Below, one piece after another: positions 13,484 through 26,030 of a DNA stretch of 64,000 bases. The stretch comes from Leucoraja ocellata (taxonomy: Eukaryota). Location of the stretch: positions 5,952,001-6,016,000 of the forward strand of contig JAWMAR010000030.1 of the NCBI GenBank assembly GCA_036785375.1, in the 5' to 3' direction. The translations under genes were made by a program, and so were the position numbers. The notes below the pieces were generated by a model that saw only the letters and a program-made list of their open reading frames with translations, was not told where the DNA came from and ran no database searches. Numbering within the stretch: the first letter of the stretch is position 1; the number at the start of each line of letters is the position of its first letter.

Positions 13484-13622
13484 ATAGTGCCCTCCATAAT
13501 GTTTGGGACTTTATTTATATTTATCATTTATTAATTTGCCTCTGTACTCCACAATTTGAGATATATAATAGAAAAAAATCACATGTGGTTAAAGTGCAAT
13601 TTATCAGATTTTATTAAAGGGT
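13484..13622 (+). mobile_element. Tc1/mariner-like DNA transposon end (single TIR)
   Basis: ta-tagtgccctccataatgtttgggac start resembles a Tc1-type TA/CAGTG terminus. No partner TIR was seen. Confidence 0.4.
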
Positions 13623-13849
13623 ATCTGTTCACTTACCCAATCTATTACCTTCACCCTTTGAGAGGTGATCTTATACATCTCTATAAGTTCACCCTTCATC
13701 CTATTGCACTCCAAGGAATAAAGTCCTAGCCTGCCTAACCTCTCTCTGTAGCACAGACTCTCAAGTTCTGTCAACATCCTCAAAATTTGAAGGATACATT
13801 GCTTGGTTAGATATCTAGGAATTAGAAACCATTTTCTCCAAATCTGTCC

Positions 13850-14430
13850 AAGGAGGAACTGCAGATGCTGGAAGATCGAAGGTACACAAAATTGCTGGAG
13901 AAACTCAGCGGGTGCAGCAGCATCTATGGAGCGAAGGAAATAGGCGACGTTTCGGGCCGAAACCCTTCTTCAGACTGATGGGGGGTGGGGGGGGGAGAAG
14001 GAAGGAAAAGGGGAGGAGGAGGAGCCCGAGGGCGGGCGGATAGGAGGGTGGGAGGAGACAGCTAGAGGGTTAAGGAAGGGGAGGAGACAGCAAGGGCTAG
14101 CAAAATTGGGAGAATTCAATGTTAATGCCATCCGGACACAAGGTCCCCAGGCGGAATATGAAGTGCTGTTCCTCCAATTTCCGCTGTTGCTCACTCTGGC
14201 AATGGAGGAGACCCAGGACAGAGAGGTCGGATTGGGAATGGGAGGGGGAGTTGAAGTGCTGAGCCACCAGGAGGTCAGGTTGGTTATTGCGGACTGAGCG
14301 GAGGTGTTCGGCGAAACGATCGCCCAACCTACGCTTAGTCTCCCCGATGTAAATCAGCTGACACCTTGAGCGGAGGATGCAGTAGATGAGGTTGGAGGAG
14401 ATGCAGGTGAACCTTTGTCACACCTGGAAC
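13850..14430 (-). mobile_element. Penelope-like retroelement 3' fragment (GIY-YIG endonuclease plus terminal repeat)
   Basis: Minus translation RFTCISSNLIYCILRSRCQLIYIGETKRRLGDRFAEHLRSV...VAQHFN...LEEQHFIFRLGTLCPDGIN (GIY-YIG domain), followed by CTGAAGAagggtttcggcccGAAACGTC and the ...gcatctgcagttcc terminus. Confidence 0.92.
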
Positions 14431-17400
14431 TGATTTCTTCCATCATAACCTTTGTTATGTTCTTTGATGAGATCTAGGAAGATCAATGTTAATTGCATTT
14501 CTTGTTTATTCTTAATTGGTCTCAGCAGTGGTGAAATGCCTCTTTGTACTGACACAGAACCCTTATGCAAGGTTATAGTACCAGTTGGGCAGGAATTCCT
14601 TGATTTTTAATAATTATTTACTATAATTGCCTCTGTACTGGAAACACCCATATGCAACTTAGCAATTCACACAATTAAATAATTCTCAAAGAAGAAAATG
14701 TGGCTCATTATTGATTTCAAAATACTTTAATATTCCTTTAACTTTAAAGGGAAATCTCAGTTACAGAAACTTTCATCAAAATTCCCATCTACTTCATTAG
14801 AAACATTTGAACTATCTTTAATCGGACTTTATCTAAATGTTGTACTCTTTATCTGTACACTGCGGATGACTTGATTGTAATTACATAGTCTTTTCTTCAA
14901 CTGGAATAAATGCCACAAAAGCTTTATACTATACCTCGGTACACGTGACAATAACAAACCATTTTAATTTTCATCAAATTCCAACTTACCAAATATGATT
15001 CAAGGATGGCTAGAAATATTGCATCGGAGACTCAGCAAAATAAATAAAATCTGTGAATTACTTAAGATTATTTTTCAAAATTGGAAAACTCAGGTCAAAT
15101 TTATCCAACTGATTAAATATAGGTGCTATCTTTCATAATTACAAAGAATGCCATCTTCCGATCAATTGACATTCATAATCTTGCAGCAGCAAATTTGCAC
15201 CAAATCATAAACATTCTCATCAATTTACAGAAATATGTTTCAAATAATTCTAGATGATCTTTTTACTTTGGTTCCTTCACATGCGAATCCACAGCAAATG
15301 ACATTTATAGAAATGAACGTTTGTTCAGAATTAATGCAATCTTGAACTGTTTTAATTTGTCTTTCAATGAAAATTATTCCTGCTGACTACAGGTTATATT
15401 ACTGCATTAGCTAAACGCCAATAAATCATTTATTACAGATTTTAATGCTGCAATAGTTATCCCAATTTATTTTTTGCGGAACTGGTCTTGCATAAAGTAT
15501 TATATAAACTTCCTCTTCAAAACACCAATTTTCTCCTCCGAGTGGTACCAATGAGAAAGATCGCAAGACCAGTATGTCCACCACATACTACATGGAAAAC
15601 ACCAACATAGAACATTACCAAGTCAACACAAGAAATAATACACAATTAACAAAGGCATTTACTTTCATCAGAATATTTTTCATTTCAATTTCCTTTGTTG
15701 TTGCATGGGTTGCATTTACTATAAAATCTAGTCCAGTCTTTTCAGCGCTACATATTTAATTAAATTATTACAATACTCACCAAGAATTATCACTTCTTGA
15801 AAAATAACCAACATACGCAGAATTCAGAGCATTACGACCTTGTTACAATAAACGTATACTATTTTTGAATCACCTATGGGGATATTCCGCAGAACATTCA
15901 CTGAAGGGAACCTTCTTCTACTATGGAAGGTACTTATCGAAACACCATTTATCTAAACCGGCTGCACTTCTCAGCATGTCTTTTGCACTTAATGATTTCC
16001 TCAAACTGTGCATCAGTCTCCATGCTAAATTAGTTCTGTTTGCACTCCAGTTATTCTCAAAAACTGCTGCCAATGTGGTTTCTCGTGTACCCTTCATTTC
16101 CACTTGCTTTTTAAACATGAGATCTCGGTGCAACGGTCCTCAAACTGCTGACCGAGCATCGCTTTGTTTTAAGATTGTATTTTGTTTTTCCTGCTTGTAA
16201 GACAACAAACAAGTAAAACTCCCAAAATACATAATCTCAAAATCTGATGCAGCCTAACCTGCTGAATTACTCCTTTTCTGTAAACCAGCATCTGCAGTTC
16301 ATTGTTTCTATATCTCTCCTCTTACTCCTTGATGTTTTACTTTCACTGCATTCTGTATTTTACTTTGTGGCACGTCTGGAACATTGACTTCCATCTCCAG
16401 ATCTGTCTCAATTACACCAAATTCTCCTGGAACTTGTTTCTGCTTACCGATAACAATGGAGTAAGTTGATGAATTTCTTCCTCACCAACCAGATAACATT
16501 CTTTCAAATGCTTCTGAAACTCTAAGATTCATTTTTACACCCAACAAAAAGTGTTCTAGCCATGAACTGTTATTTCCATTTTTGCTCCCGTATTCACTAC
16601 CAGTTCAACACATTAGAGCCAACATTTGGTCTCTGAAGCACATTTCCATCAAATTACTGATCGCCAATTTATTTTCCTGGCTTCCATGCTAAGTGATACC
16701 CCACGCAGAATTTGAATGTCTCCCAGCTCTAAAGCACAAAAACTTTCCATAGCTTTCATTCCATCTTCAACCATTTCCCCTCAAAATGTCACAAATATAT
16801 ATTAAGGACACTGTAAGGAATTGGAAGCTAATGATGAGTTTAGGAGGGGCCAAAAGTGAAAGTGAACACAGTGTGAAACACATGGTATTAAATATAAATA
16901 GACGGCATTTAAAGCTCAGCTTTTGGGTCAAATAGGAAAATACAAGTGCATCAGGTCAGGTTCATGAGGTCTAAAGGCACAAAGAAAAAAATTGCAAATA
17001 CTGGATTTCTGAAATAAAAGAAGAAAATGCTGAAGATGCTGACAACATCTATAAGGTGAGATACATAATTAATCTGAAATGTTAACTTTCCTGCTTTGGA
17101 TATATGAAAAATATATCAGTTCTTCAGTAAACTCTATCTGGGAAACCTACAAACATTCCTCTGCATTCACATTGAATTTTGTCCAAAAGCCTGGTTGATT
17201 CAACTCGTGACAAAATCTCACCAATTTTAAACGGGATCAAATAATCAAGCATGCATAAAGAAAATTAAACATTCCCATTCATGCCATATTAAATCCTTTG
17301 CTTGGATTCTGCAGGAATGACTTTTGGCCATAACTCATGCCAGCAAAGCAGCAGGGCTGCTTTCCCTATTCATCATTTAAGCCATAAACATGTCACTCAG

Positions 17401-20400
17401 ACTGTTCTAAAAGTCAAGAAAGATACAACTCCACTTTTTAAACTTCATATCATATTTTGCCAAAAATAGAAGTGAGTGGCTTTCAGCCATTAATGATGGT
17501 GGATTAACGGCCATGGTTGTGTAGAGAAGTTAAAGAGAGCCACACACTCTTTTCAGACTCTACACACCCTTTAGTTCACAGACTATCGTGTGGTTACTGT
17601 TCAATAATTCTTCCTGGATTGTACCACTATATAAAAGGGCACTGGCCAAGCCAATCTCAATAAAGCTAACAATAAAAACATTTCAAATATACTTTTAGCA
17701 GCACGTGAACATACATTTAAATTTAGCTGGATAAACCTTAACTTTTGGTGTTTTAAATATATTTTTAATGGAATATGCATAATAAAAGGCACATGAAATA
17801 GTTCTGTGATTAGTCATCATGCAAACTAAATCAATGTTCGAAGCCGAATTTCTTTTAAATAAATTATATCCTGAAACTGCACAAAAAAAATACAGCTCAC
17901 TTTCATATTCATGATTTTTTTTTAAAGGAAATTACAATTAATTACCTTTAAGTTATTTATAAATATTTAAATAAGTTATGCTGGATTCCATTCTCCTATA
18001 ACAGAATTGCACTACTTTTTCAGCATGAGTTATTATTGATTTATTGTGTTTTACAAACATAAACAACTGACTGTGAAGATTGAGCTGGCCATATGCCATG
18101 TGCAAACACAGGCTTTAGATGGGGAAAAATATATTCATGTACCTAATAGTTGGTTGAGAAGTTACATGCATAAACTAAATTCTTACTAGTATTTCAAATA
18201 GTTTTGATTTAATAATGATAAAATAGTTAAATAGTTCTTCATTGGTTGCCACTTCAATTATTTTGGCTTTATTGTAAAACATTCTACATGTTTTCTATAT
18301 TATGTAACAGAACAATCTTGAGCAAATTAAGATGACAGGAGCATGATACGTGAAAATGTTGCTCCCATTCAGCTAACTAGAGATAATTTACTGTACCCCA
18401 TTAACTTGTCAGAGGAACCCAGAGCTCCCAGGAAACAGGTGCAAACTCCAAGTTGACCCAAGGTCAGAATCGAACCCAAGTCACTGGCAATGTGTGGTAA
18501 CAGCACTACGGTTGCACCAACACGCTGCAGTTAGCGCTGTTGCCACACAACATGACTCAAATTGTCCGTCAAATGCCAACATAAATAATTGTTATCAAGT
18601 TGCAGTACGAGAGGAGAGAAGCTCAATGAGGAGATCCAGCAGAGAAGGTAAATAGAAAATTGGCAGCGAGTTGATTTAATTAACTTGCCTCCAATTTTAG
18701 TGCGGAACCCACTATAAAAATTATTGAAAATTCACCATGGCGGAACTGTTGTATCGAATCTTTTTCAATTAACAATCAAATACAAAACTCAACAATCACT
18801 CTTCACAGAGCTGTTGTTTTGAAATTTGCATCAGAAGGGAAATTTTCGGAATCGAACATGGAAAATTAGAAAACAATTATCTACATCCTCTATGTGGTAT
18901 GCAATGGATATATATGACTTATCCATACAGACACAAAAATGACAGGTTACAATTGCCAAATTCTAAAATTTCTATAAATGTGTTGGCAAGATGAAGCAAC
19001 TAATATGGACCAATTCCCAATGTTTCACTTCAAATCAACAATTTCCACAGCATCATCTTAAATGTAAGCTAATTTCTCTTTTCCAGCCTGTGAAATTCAA
19101 GCCCTTTCAGTTTGTCAGAACTATTTCAAAGCTTTTGCCCGAATGGCAAGTGAATAGCAACTCAATTTCAATCTAATTCAATAAACAAGAACACACCACA
19201 AATGGTTTTCTTGCCAATCAATGCCTGAATTCTAAATAAAACCCTTCTTCATGTTAAAATATCTCCATGATTTCAGCCCCCTTATCTTTGGCTTCCTGTA
19301 GTTGTAAAGAACAAATTGCATGATTTCCTCCGACTTTTATTCATCCTCTTTCCTCTTCACAGTTATCGTTTCCTCAGTTGTCTGGACTCTTAGTTTTTGA
19401 ATTATTTCCATTAAACTTTCTGCATCACTTCCTTTCATACCCCTTGTCAAAACTTTGCTTTACTTTTTGTTTGGCTCAGTGTCTTTGTTTGTTCTGTTAC
19501 ATTCCTGTGAAGTACCTTGAGATGTTTTGTAATGCGAAAGGTACCATATAAATACAAGCTGTTGTTTATACTCCCCAATCAGCCTTCTGGTTCATCTCTG
19601 CACTACATTTTCTGTCTGTCTTGTTTCTTCCTAACCAGAAGTAGACACAGCTTCAGAGTTTCTGGACTGATCAGAATAGCATTTATAGATTGCAAATTTC
19701 CTCTGGCTTATATTGAATTCAATATTCTATGAGGTTTGTTTACTTTTGAAACTTACTGTTTGTATCACTGAGCATATATTCATCTGCAGACTAAAATTGT
19801 TTGAAATACTGAATAGACCAGTCAGTCAAAATGGACAGATAAAGTGCTGACGTCTGTCAATACTAATTAATGCTTTTGCTCTCAACAGATTCTGCCTGAC
19901 TTACTGTTTTCTGCATTTTCTGTGCATATTGCACATTTGACCCATTAGCAGTATTTTGCATATCCCTCAACCAATAACACGTTCACACCCATCCAGGTCA
20001 GAGCAATCCCATTGATTGGCAACAAACCGTCTATCCTAAATGTTCACTACGCCATTGCTAATGTGTACCTTGAATAAGAAGTATATTGTAACAACTTGCC
20101 AAAATTACATCAAATGCTTCTCATAAATCTGTGACCATCACATAGAAGAACAAAGATGGATTATTTGTGGACAATGACTGACAAATGGCAACATGCTTAT
20201 GTTTACATTGATAAGCACAAATGCATCAAATAATACCATAGAATTTGTCCAGGTTTAAGTTAAATGCAGTTTCACTCATGAATAAAATTATTTCAATAAC
20301 TCCATTTCATATTTCAGGAAATTCAGTACTTTCCAAACAAACAAAATTTTATTTAATGGGAGGTGTGGTTCAAATGCAGGAATTAAGATAATCAAATAAA

Positions 20401-21114
20401 TAATATTTAAATTGAAACTGATTTCAAACCAGTTGAACTTCAGAAAAATATTACAGCAGAACAACTCGTTACAGCCAACTCTTTGATGTAACGCTTTGTA
20501 AGTTTAAGGCAGAGAGCATAAACTCTTGGGACACAAAGTGCTGGAGTAACTCAGCAGGTCAGATAGCATCTCTGGAGATATGAATAGGTGACATTTCAGG
20601 TATTTGTGTCTGTCTTTTTTTTAAATATAAACCAGCATTTGCAGTTCCTTGTTTCTAATACTCTCTGGTCAACTTCATGTTTACTGGCAGCCTAATATGC
20701 CCGTCTTGAGACTTTGAATTTCGGTCAATTAACATTTACAGCTACATTTATTGCCATCTTCACATATCACATATTAGTTATATGTAATAGTGTCCACATT
20801 CCAAAACCATATTTAAAACTGTTTGAAATGTTTAAGTTGATGAAATAGCCATTAACGGCAGGCACCCCTTTTTAAATTTCATTATTTTCGAACATTTTTC
20901 TGGTAAATTATAACAGCTCACCAAAGAGCCAAAATGCGTCAATTTTTAATTATACATACTTTGCCTGTTGGTGTCATGGTGCAACTTTACAACCTTGCTG
21001 TTTTGTTTTCAGGTTTGACTTTAAAACAAGATTACCACCTGCTCACACCCTCAGGGATAGCAGATTTCTTGCTGGCAATATACAAAACACGGTTCACGCA
21101 AAGTAATTAGTTAT

Positions 21115-21640
21115 AGAGTTCTGCAGTTTGGAAACGGGCCCTTCAACACAACTTGCCATGCCGACCAACCATCTACACGAGTCACACCTGCCTGCACTTG
21201 GCCCGTATCCTGCCAAACCTATCCCGTCCATGTACGCGCCCTCATCGGCCCTTTTGGTCATCTTAAAAAGACTCCATCAGATTTGAGAGACACGATCACA
21301 CGTACAAAACCGTGCTCACAATCCTTAATCAGCCCTTGTCTATTAAACACATATATATTTATCCCTCAGAATATTATCCAGTAACTTTCCGACCACAGAT
21401 GTTATACTCACTGGCCTATAGTTCCCAGGCTCCTTGCAGCCCTTCTTAAATAGAGGTACAATATTTTCTATCACCACAACCCTCTGACTTTTATGAATAT
21501 GCCAGTTCTGAATCTATATGACTAAGTCAACATGAATACCGTGCATCTTAATCATCTGGATCAACCGACCATGAGGGACTTTATCAAAAGCCATACTAAA
21601 ATCCATGTATACAACATCCATTGCCTTATCTTCATCAGTC
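21115..21640 (-). mobile_element. CR1 LINE fragments (3' end and RT pieces)
   Basis: ggaaacgggcccttc... 3' UTR; ctcactggcctatagttccc (antisense of GNYRPVS); atcaaaagcc...aaatccatgtat (antisense of Y.DF..AFD). Confidence 0.65.
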
Positions 21641-22044
21641 AAATACGTGAAATGGAACAGACATTTCATAGATTTTTGGAAACCTCATCAAGCGCAATGG
21701 GGTGGAGTCCTTCGATGAAGACAAGAAATGCATTTTGGAAGGTCTGGTGGAAGAGTGAATTCCAAAAACAAACGTGAAAAAGATAGGAAAACAACATATG
21801 GAGTAGAGCCATCAAAACAGTCAAGCTGTGGAGTCAATTGACTAACAATAATTAGTAATAACCTCTCCCCAGAAATTGAAGGTTTAAGAATGGAAGAGTC
21901 AGAAATAGACCACGTGAAGATGAAAGGATGGAAAAGAGTATAATTAAATACTGTTAAATACTGTGTCAGTCTAGTATTTGAGCCAGTCTTGAACCAAAAT
22001 TGCTTTGTATATCCCAAATTCCTGTAAGGCAGGGAATAAGTAGG

Positions 22045-22225
22045 AACTGATGTGTAGTAAAGAACTGCAGATGCTGGTTTAAATCAAAGATAGACACAAC
22101 ATGCTGGAGTAACTCAGCAGGACAGGCAGCATCTCTGGAGAGAAGGAATGGGTCTAAAAAAAGGGCTCGACCCAAAATGTCACCCATTCCTTCTCTCCAG
22201 AGATGCTGCCTATCCCAGAACTGAT
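22045..22225. mobile_element. Fold-back Penelope terminal-repeat mini-insertion
   Basis: gaactgcagatgctgg...gcagcatctctggagagaaggaatggg followed by the inverted arm cccattccttctctccagagatgctgcct; gaactgat is repeated at the flanks. Confidence 0.75.
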
Positions 22226-23039
22226 TGCTGGTGTGAATGAGTCAATGGAGAACTTAAGTATTTTACAGTAAGGTAGGGGTTTGAGTATTGAATTGGTTTC
22301 CATTTAAAGGTGGTTACGTTCAGGGCTACAGCAGAAAAGTACATGAGCAGATTAGAAAGAATGAAATACAAGAGTTTGGAATGAGAGAAGAGAGAAATAG
22401 TTCAAAACACAATTTAATTTGTGTTTTAATTTGTGGTTAGGAATTAAGGGACTGAAATTTTGGAGCCAGAGAGAAAATTAAAGGCAGGTCAACAGGGTTA
22501 AAAAAAAGTCTAGATTACCACTGGTATCCAATTAATTACTGTAATACATTAATTACAAACGATATGGCATTCAATTTCAAACAGTAAAAAATAAAGCCAA
22601 TACTCTCTGCGAACTCTTCAACACCACTTTTGATATTTGGTGAAAGCTTCATGTCACATTCAGCCCAATATCCACAATTAAAATCTTCATCTGGGGAGAT
22701 ATAGCTTGGAAATGCTGTACTGTTGAAAGTCAGCACCATAAATTTAAGCATTAAGATTGCCTCAGAGAAGCCTAGAAAACCACTTAAACATTAGCAGCAG
22801 ATCTCTAATCATTTGTACTCAGCAATAAAAAATTAGCCCCTTTGTAAATATCATTTGTCTGTGCATCCTCCCCTCCTCATAACTTCATGATCAGCTTATT
22901 ACTTGTGTTTGTCTCTTCCTTTTGTATGGACCAAATCAAACATGAACATTCAAGTACTAAAGAAGAAAAACTGTCAAAACAATGTAATACTTTCTGCGAA
23001 TCACACGACTATGAAGAGGTGGAGCTTGGGGAGGAATGG

Positions 23040-23644
23040 GCTGGATGGAGTAGAGTCTACTTTCTGAGGATCCTCAGGAAAAACAACCTGGAGGAGAAGC
23101 TGCTGGTGTCCTTCTACCGCTGCGGCATTGAGAGTGTGCTGGCGTACTGTATAACCACATGGTATGCCAGCTGCTCTGCAGCGGACAGGAGAGCCCTTCA
23201 AAGGGTCATCAACACCGCACAAAAAATCACTGGCTGCCCACTGCCTTCCCTGAAGGACATCTTCAGCTCTCGCTGCCTTGGCAGGGCAGGGCAGCCAACA
23301 TCCTAAAGGACCCTTCCCACCCTGGACACAACCTGTTCCACCTGCTGCCCTCTGGCAGACGGTACAGGTCTTTCAAAACTCGCACAAACAGACTCAGAGA
23401 TAGCTTCTATCCCATAGCCATACGTGAACTTAACAATGCAAAATAAGAAATAACACTCATTCAACTGAATGGTTCTACCTCAGCTGCTATTGTTATTTAT
23501 CTGTAATTTTTTTTAAAAATATGTATATATTTTTACCTTTTCTTATATATTTAAAATTGCTCTTGTGAATCGCACCGTGGGATTGACTTTTAAATTTCGT
23601 TGTACCATGTGCAATGACAATAAAGAGATTCATTCATTCATTCA
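23040..23644 (+). mobile_element. Rex1/Babar LINE 3' fragment
   Basis: YFLRILRK...FYRCGIESVLAYCITTWY...LQRVINTAQKITG...KDPSHPGHNLFHLLPSGRRYRS...RLRDSFYP with one frameshift; aataaa plus (cattc)n-like tail. Confidence 0.9.
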
Positions 23645-23759
23645 AACAGGCAGTTCCACTCAATTTGTCCATGCTGTCTGATACCCATCCACACTATCCC
23701 ATATGCTGCATTTTACCTATATACCCTTAAATCTTTTCTAGCAATATACCTGTTTGGAT

Positions 23760-24720
23760 GCGGATGTGGGATCAAGCTGGGCAGAGGATGGCAGGGAGGA
23801 TGGAGCAGTCAGTGGAGCCAGGTATGCGTGGTTGGGAGGGGTCAGGCGGGCATGGGACGCAGGTGATGTGTGAGGGGAGGAAGGGGTCAGGATCCAGGGG
23901 GTGGGAGAGAAAATGATCGAGGCAGGCTTGGGCAGGAAGGGGTCAGGGGGCCAGCGAGGAGGGGGGAAGTGTTCAGGGGGCAGACGGGGAAGAAAGGGGT
24001 CATTCAATCGGGGGACAGACGAAAGGATCAGTTGGATGGGCAGAGATGTTGAATGGGTTGGTCGGGCAAGTGGGGGGGGGGAACGAAGGGGTCGGTTCGG
24101 CAGAAGAGGGCGGGGTGGGGAAGGGGTCAGAGAGCCGGCAGGGGCTGGGGAGGAATGGGTCGGGGTTGCAAGTGCAGCAGAGGACCTATACAATTTGTGG
24201 GTAAAGAAGTGAGGGCATGGAGAGGGGAGTGGAACAGAGTGAAGATGCGGGGGGGGGGGGGTGGGTGGGGGTTTTGAAGGTTGGATACTGACCAAGTGAG
24301 GATCAGATGGGGCTGGGGCAGGGGCAGTGGGTGGATGGGATGGAAAGAACAGAGGAGGAGAAGGGGGAAACTGGTACAAGGGAATGAGAGGTGGAGGGAG
24401 AAACATTGGGCAGTAAGTGGGAAGGGGAATGGGAAAAGTGGGAAGCAGTTGGGAAGGATGACCGAGTTAGGGAGATGGAGAGATTTGGGGGTACACAAAA
24501 ATGCTGGAGAAACTCAGCGGGTGCAGCAGCATCTATGGAGCGAAGGAGATAGGTAACGTTTCGGGCGGATAAGGTTTGGGGGAATTTGATGGGATACGAG
24601 GGGGATTGAGAGGGTGGGAAGGTGGCTGAGGGTAGCAGAGTTTGTACGGGTAGGGTGGGTGCAAGATTGGGGACGGATAGAGGGTGCTGAGAGAGGAGTA
24701 GCTGAGGGTGGGAGGTGTTT
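23760..24720 (+). repeat. G-rich low-complexity tract at the start of USP54 intron 1
   Basis: Dense GGG runs on the + strand. This is the source of the spurious Pro-rich and Gly-rich ORFs. Confidence 0.8.
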
Positions 24721-24910
24721 GTTGCTGCCCACTGCCTCCTCCGGCCAGGTCAAGGGTCAATACCTGCCGTCCCCACAGATCGCAGCCTTTGACAGTCCGT
24801 CTGGTCCCCCCCCCCCCCCGGCGCTGCGGCACTCGGGGTCTCCGGACACCTGACGCCACTGAATACTGAACCACGCCGTCACCGAGCGGATCGTTGAGGT
24901 ATGTATTCAC

Positions 24911-25100
24911 CTGTTAAGATGGACGCGCTCCGCCGGTCGGCTCGTCCGCCCGCAGCGACTGTGCGAATGCGATGGCCAGGACCGGCGGGGAAAGCATCGC
25001 GAGACGTGGCGGCCGTTGGCCCGCAGCGCGGCGCCCGCCTCTCGCGAGCGGACAGAACTTTGGCGCGGACGGACGGACGGCGCGGACCGTCGTGAGGGAG
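24911..25100 (-). other. USP54: Putative non-coding exon 1 of USP54 (5' end approximate)
   Basis: Donor ACAG|GTGAAT at 24911/24910 at the downstream edge of the CpG island. Confidence 0.6.
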
Positions 25101-25142
25101 GGAGAGGCGGTCGCAGCTATGCGAAGGGGACAACGCCGCCGC

Positions 25143-25172
25143 ACAACAACAACAACTACAACTACAACAACA
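25143..25172 (+). repeat. Imperfect (ACA)n microsatellite
   Basis: acaacaacaacaactacaactacaacaaca. Confidence 0.85.
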
Positions 25173-25280
25173 GCGATGGAGACAGAGGCGCAAGGTGCTG
25201 GAATAAATCAGCGGCATCTCTTGAATGAATGGATGCACAGTGAAATGGCGAATTCGCCATAAATAGGAATGGCGAATAGT

Positions 25281-26030
25281 CAGTGATAAGAGTGGACGTG
25301 GAGAGGATGTTTCCACTAGTGGGAGAGTCTACTCTAGGACCAGTGATAAGAGTGGACATGGAGAGGATGTTTCCACTAGTGGGAGAGTCTACTCTAGAAC
25401 CAGAGTTTAGTCATAGCCTCAAAATTAAAGGACGTTGCTTTAGGGAAGAGGAGGATTCCCTTATCATGTATCTGTGCACTGTAAATGGACTGATTGTAAT
25501 CACAAGGGCCACATCTAACTCCCTCTTAAATATAGCCAATGAGGCCAGTTCATTGGCTATATTTAAGAGGGAGTTAGATGTGGCCCTTGTGGCTAAAGGG
25601 ATGGGTGGGTGTGTATGGAGAGAAGGCAGGTACAGGAAACTGAGTTGGATGATCAGCCATGATCATATTGAATGGCGGTGCAGTCTCGAAGGGCCGAATG
25701 GCCTACTCCTGCACCTATTTTCTATATTGTCTTTCTACTGACTGGTTAGCACGCAACAAAAAGCATTTCACGTGGCAATAAACTAAATTGAACTGAATTT
25801 CTTTAGTCAGATGGTGGTGAATTTGTGGAATTCTTTGCCAGAAGGTTGTGGAGGCCAAGTCAATGGATATTTTTAAGGCAGAGATAGATAGATTCTTGAT
25901 TACGGGTGTCAAGGGCTAGGGGATGAAGGCAGGAGAATGGGGTTAGGAGGAAGAGATAGATCAGCCATGATTGAATGGCGGAGTAGACTTGATGGGCTAA
26001 TTGGCCTAATTCTGCTCCTATCACACAACC
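25281..26030 (+). mobile_element. Nested CR1 / Rex-Babar tail / 5'-inverted CR1 composite with a 60-bp tandem duplication
   Basis: 60-nt unit repeated at 25281-25340 and 25341-25400. An older CR1 is split at about 25455/25798 by a Rex-type tail, which is itself split by a CR1 3' end carrying a 42-bp inverted repeat (25501-25542 / 25550-25591). Confidence 0.75.

Larger units (their letters stand above)
24760..25275 (-). promoter_or_regulatory. USP54: CpG-island promoter, probably of USP54
   Basis: The only dense CpG cluster outside repeats. TCTCGCGAG-type motifs at 24996-25004 and 25040-25049, AATGGCG (YY1-like) motifs at about 25243-25274. Lies between the MYOZ1 3' end and the USP54 coding exon. 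Confidence 0.8.

Noticed and set aside
23738-24556. 222-aa Pro-rich and overlapping Gly/Arg-rich ORFs
   Set aside because: By-products of a G-rich low-complexity tract that lacks stop codons; there are no splice signals or family motifs.
24879-25316. ORFs of 64-145 aa over the CpG island
   Set aside because: Stop-poor GC-rich sequence plus the ACA microsatellite; no recognisable protein.
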